A stretch of 20,000 nucleotides of DNA. Source: an uncultured virus (IMG/VR IMGVR_UViG_3300028394_000069). Taxonomy: Duplodnaviria > Heunggongvirae > Uroviricota > Caudoviricetes. This document shows positions 15,074 through 20,000 of this stretch, one piece after another (position 1 is the stretch's first letter; the number at the start of each line of letters is the position of its first letter). The position numbers and the translations under genes were made by a program. The stretch lies in the IMG/VR virus record IMGVR_UViG_3300028394_000069; one strand, written 5' to 3'. The notes under the pieces were generated by a model, which worked only from the letters and a program-made list of their open reading frames with translations, was not told the origin of the DNA and ran no database searches.

Positions 15074-15850
15074 TTAATAATAGCTACCATATATATCAGT
15101 CTTATTAGCATCCATATCCAAAACAACTTCTTTAGATGTAATATCAATATCTGTGTTATATAACTTAGCTTGAGAAGATAATTGCCCAACAAGACTAGAA
15201 GACACAATACCAGAGAAAGAATTATCAAACACTTGATCATTAACAGGTTCGCCGGTTAATCCTGGCTCGAATGAATGCTCGTAACGTTTCGCTTTTAATC
15301 TATAAACATAATGACCTAGCAAAGGATTAAGTGAAGATACATCTTGATCAACTCTTTCAGTAATTTCAAAGATTTTAGAACCTCTACCATTAGGTCTATC
15401 GCATCCAAGAGCTGTCATCTCTATTAAATCACCTGATTTAGGTTCAATAGATTGGTTATATAAAGCGTAATTAACTTGCGGAGATAACGTGGTTGTAAAG
15501 GTATTAATGTGAAGATAACCAACTAGGTCGTCCCCCGCGGCATACCCAAATTTTGAAAGGTTAATCGATGCCTCAGTAAGCTCAACAAACATTTGCATAA
15601 CAAAAGGTCCTAAAAATTTACTTGTTGGTTCCTCTCCGTATATAAAGTCTGCAGTATTAAAGTTAAAAGTATTAACATAATAATTAATAGGTACTCCCAA
15701 ACTGTTAATTAAATCGCTATATGCATTATTATATATTAATTGCTCAGCTTGAAAAGTATGTGGACTAAATATCTGACCACATTGAGGTATTGCATTGGCA
15801 GCAAAAATATTTAAAGGGTCACAATTTACGGTATTAGTATTACAACTCAT
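15074..15850 (-). CDS. T4 gp14-like neck/head-completion protein
   Basis: EQLIY..DLI..LG....YY, D.IYGEEPTSKF, LSKFG...DD and PKSGDLI resemble gp14 motifs. Confidence 0.7.
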   Translation of the reverse strand: MSCNTNTVNCDPLNIFAANAIPQCGQIFSPHTFQAEQLIYNNAYSDLINSLGVPINYYVNTFNFNTADFIYGEEPTSKFLGPFVMQMFVELTEASINLSKFGYAAGDDLVGYLHINTFTTTLSPQVNYALYNQSIEPKSGDLIEMTALGCDRPNGRGSKIFEITERVDQDVSSLNPLLGHYVYRLKAKRYEHSFEPGLTGEPVNDQVFDNSFSGIVSSSLVGQLSSQAKLYNTDIDITSKEVVLDMDANKTDIYGSYY

Positions 15851-15852
15851 AA

Positions 15853-16191
15853 TTATCTTTTTCTACAAATACCTTGTTGAATACCGCCGCGACTAACTCT
15901 CATAGTAATAGAAACATTAGAATTTCCTATTACCTTAGTTTTTCCAGGTGCAAACTTCATATTATATAATTTTAATAAATGATTAAGCTTTGATCCTCCA
16001 ATAGTTATATTATTTGCCTTACCTCTACTTATTTTATCTACAACAGGGTCTTTATGTTCATAGTCTATTGGTGCAGTGTTGACATGTTTACGTTGATGTG
16101 CTCTATTAATATTTTTACCATTACTCATGTTAACATTTAAAATAGAGTTACCTTTATAGTATTCTAAAATGTATTTCCGAAAAGATGTCAT
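15853..16191 (-). CDS. Hypothetical late protein
   Basis: MTSFRKYILE N-terminus typical of T4-like head-associated proteins; ATTAAATA 6 nt upstream. Confidence 0.65.
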   Translation of the reverse strand: MTSFRKYILEYYKGNSILNVNMSNGKNINRAHQRKHVNTAPIDYEHKDPVVDKISRGKANNITIGGSKLNHLLKLYNMKFAPGKTKVIGNSNVSITMRVSRGGIQQGICRKR

Positions 16192-16204
16192 TATTATTAT
16201 TTAA

Positions 16205-16238
16205 TAAAAAACCCAAAGGACATAACATCCTTTGGGTT
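16205..16238 (-). terminator. Rho-independent terminator
   Basis: 11-bp stem AACCCAAAGGA/TCCTTTGGGTT, 7-nt loop, T-run on the minus strand, downstream of 16261..17208. Confidence 0.8.
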
Positions 16239-16260
16239 CTCTTTTTTATATATTATTATG

Positions 16261-17208
16261 TTACAGCTCGAACATATTCTTACCAACTTCAGACCTGGTA
16301 TCAGATTGTACTTTGTTAGTCTTACCGTCAGCATATTTTGCATTAACTAAAGCATGACCATAATCACCGACATGTCCTACAGTATCAGTATACTTTGAAT
16401 GTACCTGTTCTTTTGGAGCTTTTAAATTACCAACTTTGTTATTCTTACCGTTGTTATATTTGATATTCATTGGCTTAGCATGACTAGTTGTAGAGCTAGG
16501 ACTAACAGCTGTTTGTTCATCTTCCTCATGCATATCATTTTCGTCTCCCATACCATCATCCTCCATACCATCGTCCTCCATACCATCGTCCTCCATATCA
16601 GACTCTTCATCACCTAAAGCAGCTTGCATAACGTCAATAAGCTTTTGAGCAGTCTCACGATCAAGAGTAAAGGTTACTTGATCTTCAGTCTCGTCGACGG
16701 GATGTCCGTTCATAAGGGCGTTTATATCGTCGCTTTCATCATAATCACCTTCATCACCAGGAGCACCAGCACCAGAGGGAGAGAAGTTATTACCCATCAC
16801 ATTTTCATAAAGTTTTTCGAATACAGATTTCTTACTCATAAAATTATTTAAGCTTCTCTTAACTATTTTTCTACTTTCTCCTAAGTTTTTTTTCTGATTA
16901 GCTTTACATTCAGCACACTCATCACAATCACAACCCTCTTCAGCATGCTTACAATGTTCTTTTTCACCTTCCTCATCCTCTTCAGATAACTTATTAATAT
17001 TATATAAATTATCCTTTTTTTCTTTATCTGATAGAGTGCGCCTATCAACAGCTTTCTTTGTAAATCCGCTTCTTTCAAGAGGCCCTCCATCCTTTAAAGG
17101 AGCTTCGCCAATCTCATTTACTTTTTCTTCAATTGTCTGGACATTACTAAGCATGTCGCCGTATATACTACCAATTGAATTAAGATCTGTATTTTTTCTT
17201 TTTGACAT
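16261..17208 (-). CDS. Acidic, largely disordered late protein (possibly prohead core/internal)
   Basis: D/E-rich, (MEDDG)x3, a Cys cluster; perfect TATAAATA promoter and its own terminator. Function is inferred only. Confidence 0.7.
   Translation of the reverse strand: MSKRKNTDLNSIGSIYGDMLSNVQTIEEKVNEIGEAPLKDGGPLERSGFTKKAVDRRTLSDKEKKDNLYNINKLSEEDEEGEKEHCKHAEEGCDCDECAECKANQKKNLGESRKIVKRSLNNFMSKKSVFEKLYENVMGNNFSPSGAGAPGDEGDYDESDDINALMNGHPVDETEDQVTFTLDRETAQKLIDVMQAALGDEESDMEDDGMEDDGMEDDGMGDENDMHEEDEQTAVSPSSTTSHAKPMNIKYNNGKNNKVGNLKAPKEQVHSKYTDTVGHVGDYGHALVNAKYADGKTNKVQSDTRSEVGKNMFEL
16548..16596 (-). repeat. 15-bp coding tandem repeat x3 (MEDDG)
   Basis: ccataccatcRtcct x3. Confidence 0.85.
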
Positions 17209-17213
17209 ATAAG

Positions 17214-17221
17214 TATTTATA
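17214..17221 (-). promoter_or_regulatory. T4 late promoter consensus
   Basis: TATAAATA-CTTAT-ATG(17208). Confidence 0.7.
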
Positions 17222-17226
17222 ATTAT

Positions 17227-17889
17227 ATGGCAAAAAAAAGTTCAAAAAGCGAATATTATTTAGGTAACCCGAATTTGCCAAATAAGCACTGGAAAGAAGA
17301 GTATACCTTAAAAATGGTAAATGATTTAAAACAATGTAAAGAAGATTTACTTTACTTTGCAGAAAATTTCTTTTATATTATTGATCCAGATAAAGGTAAG
17401 CTTAAGATAGAGCTTTTCGATTATCAAAAGAAAGCACTTAATACTCTCTTAAACAATAGACAAGTTATATTATTAGCAAGTCGGCAGATCGGTAAAACGA
17501 CAATGCTGACAATTTACGCATTATGGATAGCTTGTTTTAATGAATATCAAAATATTATTATTGTAGCTAATAAAGAATCTACGGCTATAGAAATATTTAG
17601 AAGAGTTAGGTTAGCATACGAAGAGATGCCGAACTGGTCCAAGCCTGGTGTTAAGGAATACGGTAAGACATCACTAGAGCTAGAAAACGGTTCACGTATC
17701 GGTATTAGTACTACCACAGGTTCTGCTGCTAGAGGTGCTTCTATAAACTGTATAACAGGTGAAACATTTATAACCTTACGTGATAAAGAAACAAATAAAG
17801 TATTTGATATTACTATAAAGGAGTTAGAGTATATAATAAGCACAAACGGTAAAATTATACCTATTTTTATTGAAAGCGAAGTTGTCTAA
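17227..17889 (+). CDS. terL: Terminase large subunit (gp17), N-terminal fragment (174-aa extein plus 46-aa IntN)
   Basis: YLGNPNL, LFDYQK (adenine-binding), ASRQIGKTT (Walker A), IELENGS-like LELENGS, AARGASIN followed by intein Cys1. Confidence 0.93.
   Translation: MAKKSSKSEYYLGNPNLPNKHWKEEYTLKMVNDLKQCKEDLLYFAENFFYIIDPDKGKLKIELFDYQKKALNTLLNNRQVILLASRQIGKTTMLTIYALWIACFNEYQNIIIVANKESTAIEIFRRVRLAYEEMPNWSKPGVKEYGKTSLELENGSRIGISTTTGSAARGASINCITGETFITLRDKETNKVFDITIKELEYIISTNGKIIPIFIESEVV
17749..17886 (+). mobile_element. Split intein N-fragment (TerL), 46 aa
   Basis: CITGETFITLRDKETNKVFDITIKEL: block A plus the I.eL helix. Confidence 0.9.
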
Positions 17890-17902
17890 AATAAGTCGTT
17901 AG

Positions 17903-17910
17903 TATAAATA
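17903..17910 (+). promoter_or_regulatory. T4 late promoter consensus for the GIY-YIG gene and terL-C
   Basis: TATAAATA-TTTAG-ATG(17916). Confidence 0.7.
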
Positions 17911-17915
17911 TTTAG

Positions 17916-18779
17916 ATGATGAGAAATGATCCTAATGATAATCGTAAATATAACTATTGTTACAAAATAACAAATCATATTAATAAAATGATATATATTG
18001 GTGTACATAGAACTGATAATATTAATGATAATTATATGGGATCTGGTAAACTTATAAAACGATCAATCTTTAAATATGGTATAGAAAATTTTACTAAAGA
18101 AATATTAGCATTTTTTGATACATATAAAGAAGCTTTAGAATATGAAAGAAAGATTGTTACTATAGATTTTATTGAAGAAGATACAAATTATAATTTAAGA
18201 GAAGGTGGCTATGGTAATTGTGCGTTATCTACGATACAAAAAGCAATTATATCGGAAAGTAAAAAACAATTATATGCAAATAATGAGCAGTATCGTGAAA
18301 AAATGAATATAATCTTTAAAGATCCTATAAGAAACACAAAAATTGGTAAAAAAGTTAAAACATGGATATTAGAAAATCCAGAATTACACAAAGAAAAAAT
18401 GGATAAAATTAATTATAATCCAACTAAAATAAAAAAGACAGCAGCTAAACATCGAGGTATGAAAAGATCTGATGAAGCTAAACGTAATATGTCTATTTCA
18501 CATCTTAATCTGTCAGCAGAGCAAAAGAAAGCTAAAAGTGGCGTAGGTTGTTTTTATATTATAAATAATGAAACTAAAGAAGTTAAAAGACATATAGGTG
18601 AGATACCATTAGGTTGGAGTAGAGGTTCTGGTCCTAAGAAAAATAAAGAAAGATATAAATCTCTTAATAAAGGATCTTTTTTTGCTTATAATATACATAC
18701 AGGCGAGTTAATAAGATTACAACAAGGTACTGAAATACCTCAACATTACATAAAAGGAAGACCTACAAAAAATGGCTGA
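17916..18779 (+). CDS. Seg-like GIY-YIG homing endonuclease between the terL halves
   Basis: YCYKITN..NKMIYIGVH, YMGSG, KYGIENF.KEIL and YNLREGG; NUMOD3-like HRGMKRSDEAKRNMS; C-terminal EIPxxWxxG-type repeats. Confidence 0.9.
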   Translation: MMRNDPNDNRKYNYCYKITNHINKMIYIGVHRTDNINDNYMGSGKLIKRSIFKYGIENFTKEILAFFDTYKEALEYERKIVTIDFIEEDTNYNLREGGYGNCALSTIQKAIISESKKQLYANNEQYREKMNIIFKDPIRNTKIGKKVKTWILENPELHKEKMDKINYNPTKIKKTAAKHRGMKRSDEAKRNMSISHLNLSAEQKKAKSGVGCFYIINNETKEVKRHIGEIPLGWSRGSGPKKNKERYKSLNKGSFFAYNIHTGELIRLQQGTEIPQHYIKGRPTKNG

Positions 18780-19113
18780 TTTACAAAATTATAAATGTAT
18801 TGAAAATACGAGATTTGAAGTATTAACTGATCAAGGGTTTAAAGACTTTAAAGGTTTAATAGTAGGTGAAAATATAAATAAAATAAACTTACGATTTAAT
18901 AATGGTATAGAACTTAACTGTACACCTAAGCATAAAATTATACTTAAAAACAATGCAATAGTTTATGCTCATAATTTAAACGTTGGTGATGTAGTATACA
19001 ATGACTATGTTATTGAAGAGATTAATATGTTTATCTCAAACGATAAAGTATATGAATTACTTGAAGTAGCAGATACACATAAATACTTCGCAAATGGGAT
19101 ATTAAGTCATCAA
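18772..19113 (+). mobile_element. Split intein C-fragment (TerL), Gln-terminal
   Basis: FEVLTDQGFKDF, block B LNCTPKHKII, block F VYELLEVADTHKYFANG and block G ILSHQ|C. Confidence 0.9.
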
Positions 19114-20000
19114 TGCTTAATTATTGATGAAATGGCCTTTATTGAGCCTGAGTCGATATTACAAGACTTTTGGCGTTCAGTCTTTCCTACTATATCGCGT
19201 TCAAAAAAATCAAAAGTACTTATTGCATCTACTCCTAACGGTACCGGTAATCTCTTTCACACCTTATTTGATGGAGCAGAAAAAAAAGAAAATGAGTTTG
19301 TATATGAAAGAATACTTTGGTCAGCTATACCAGGAAGAGATGAAGAGTGGAAGCAGAAGCAAATTAGAGCTTTAGGTTCTACAGAATCATTCTTACAAGA
19401 ATATGAAACGGTATTTCTTGCAACCGGAGACTCTTCTTTAGATGATGAATTATTTTATAAATTATCTCAAAATTGTAAACCAGCACCTATAATATTAGAT
19501 GAAGGTCATTATCAGATATGGGAAGAACCTGACGCGGCTCGTGTATATGTAGCAGGAGTTGATATAGCAGAAGGAGTCGGGGTTGATGCTTCAGTTATTC
19601 AAATATTAGATATTACTGATTTAGCACAAATTAAACAAGTAGCAGTATATCATAATAATAATATTGCGCCTCTCGAATTTACAAATAAGCTCTATAACAT
19701 ACTGCGTAATTGGGGCAGTCCAATTGCTTTAATAGAACGTAATAACTGCGGCGCGCAAGTAGTTGATAGACTAGTCTTCGACATGGGATATGAAAAAATT
19801 GTATCTTATGGAGCAAAAGTAGCAGGTAGAAATAGAGCGCAAATGGGAATGATAGCTCATACTAATACCAAATATAAAGGTATTTTAAATATGAGATATT
19901 TCCTTAATGAAGTAAAATGCATTGAATTTAACGATATAGACACATTAAAAGAGTTAAAAGACTTTGTTAGGCAGCCTAACGGAACCTGGAGAGCTAGAGG
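18772..20000 (+). CDS. terL: Terminase large subunit C-terminal fragment (IntC 114 aa plus C-extein), partial and missing from the ORF track
   Basis: Manual translation from ATG 18772: MADLQNYK...ILSHQ|CLIIDEMAF (Walker B), ASTPNG (coupling motif), FLQEY, VAGVDIAEGVGVDAS and IERN (RNase H-fold nuclease); open to the window end. Confidence 0.93.
   Translation, partial: MADLQNYKCIENTRFEVLTDQGFKDFKGLIVGENINKINLRFNNGIELNCTPKHKIILKNNAIVYAHNLNVGDVVYNDYVIEEINMFISNDKVYELLEVADTHKYFANGILSHQCLIIDEMAFIEPESILQDFWRSVFPTISRSKKSKVLIASTPNGTGNLFHTLFDGAEKKENEFVYERILWSAIPGRDEEWKQKQIRALGSTESFLQEYETVFLATGDSSLDDELFYKLSQNCKPAPIILDEGHYQIWEEPDAARVYVAGVDIAEGVGVDASVIQILDITDLAQIKQVAVYHNNNIAPLEFTNKLYNILRNWGSPIALIERNNCGAQVVDRLVFDMGYEKIVSYGAKVAGRNRAQMGMIAHTNTKYKGILNMRYFLNEVKCIEFNDIDTLKELKDFVRQPNGTWRAR

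Noticed and set aside
16548..16596. MEDDG tandem repeat as a functional array
   Set aside because: Ordinary slippage repeat in a disordered acidic protein region; no spacers.
724..18391. Other short overlapping ORFs (e.g. 724-906, 2449-2727, 3916-4101, 4305-4559, 4560-4745, those within 5265-6335, 6840-7742, 11070-11335, 12866-13955, 15058-15240, 16624-17090, 17547-17843, 18209-18391)
   Set aside because: They are antisense or off-frame to well-supported genes or tRNAs, and have no promoter motif or protein signature.
17887..18779. Group I intron carrying the GIY-YIG gene (RNA-level rejoining of terL); likewise for radA
   Set aside because: Only 26 nt (terL) and 23 nt (radA) of non-coding sequence precede the nucleases, which overlap the downstream starts. 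I saw no P7/R/S motifs, and each downstream half has its own ATG.
19124..19375. 83-aa plus-strand ORF in the track
   Set aside because: Out-of-frame shadow inside terL-C (18772 to beyond 20000).

Overview
AT-rich, gene-dense segment of a large T4-like (myovirus-type) phage genome. It carries a T4 gp17-type terminase, a gp14-like neck protein, a tRNA cluster, an RNA ligase, a metallophosphoesterase, a DUF932 protein, an RmlD-like enzyme and a PD-(D/E)XK nuclease. Three loci are interrupted by self-splicing elements, each paired with a free-standing homing endonuclease. (1) A RadA/Sms-like ATPase is split inside Walker A (GCGK|TS) into two ORFs by an atypically split intein (30-aa IntN, 130-aa IntC), with a Vsr-like nuclease between the halves. 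(2) The terminase large subunit is split just before Walker B by a second atypically split intein (46-aa IntN, 114-aa IntC ending in the rare His-Gln), with a GIY-YIG nuclease between the halves. (3) tRNA-Leu(UAA) carries a 208-nt group I intron and lies directly downstream of an HNH gene. Two promoter classes are visible: YGAACT-N4-TATAAT (10 copies) and T4-late-like TAAATA 5-7 nt before ATG. An exact copy of the radA-N promoter core is embedded as a tandem repeat in the 3' end of the intervening nuclease gene, directly upstream of radA-C. All calls come from manual motif reading; no searches were run.
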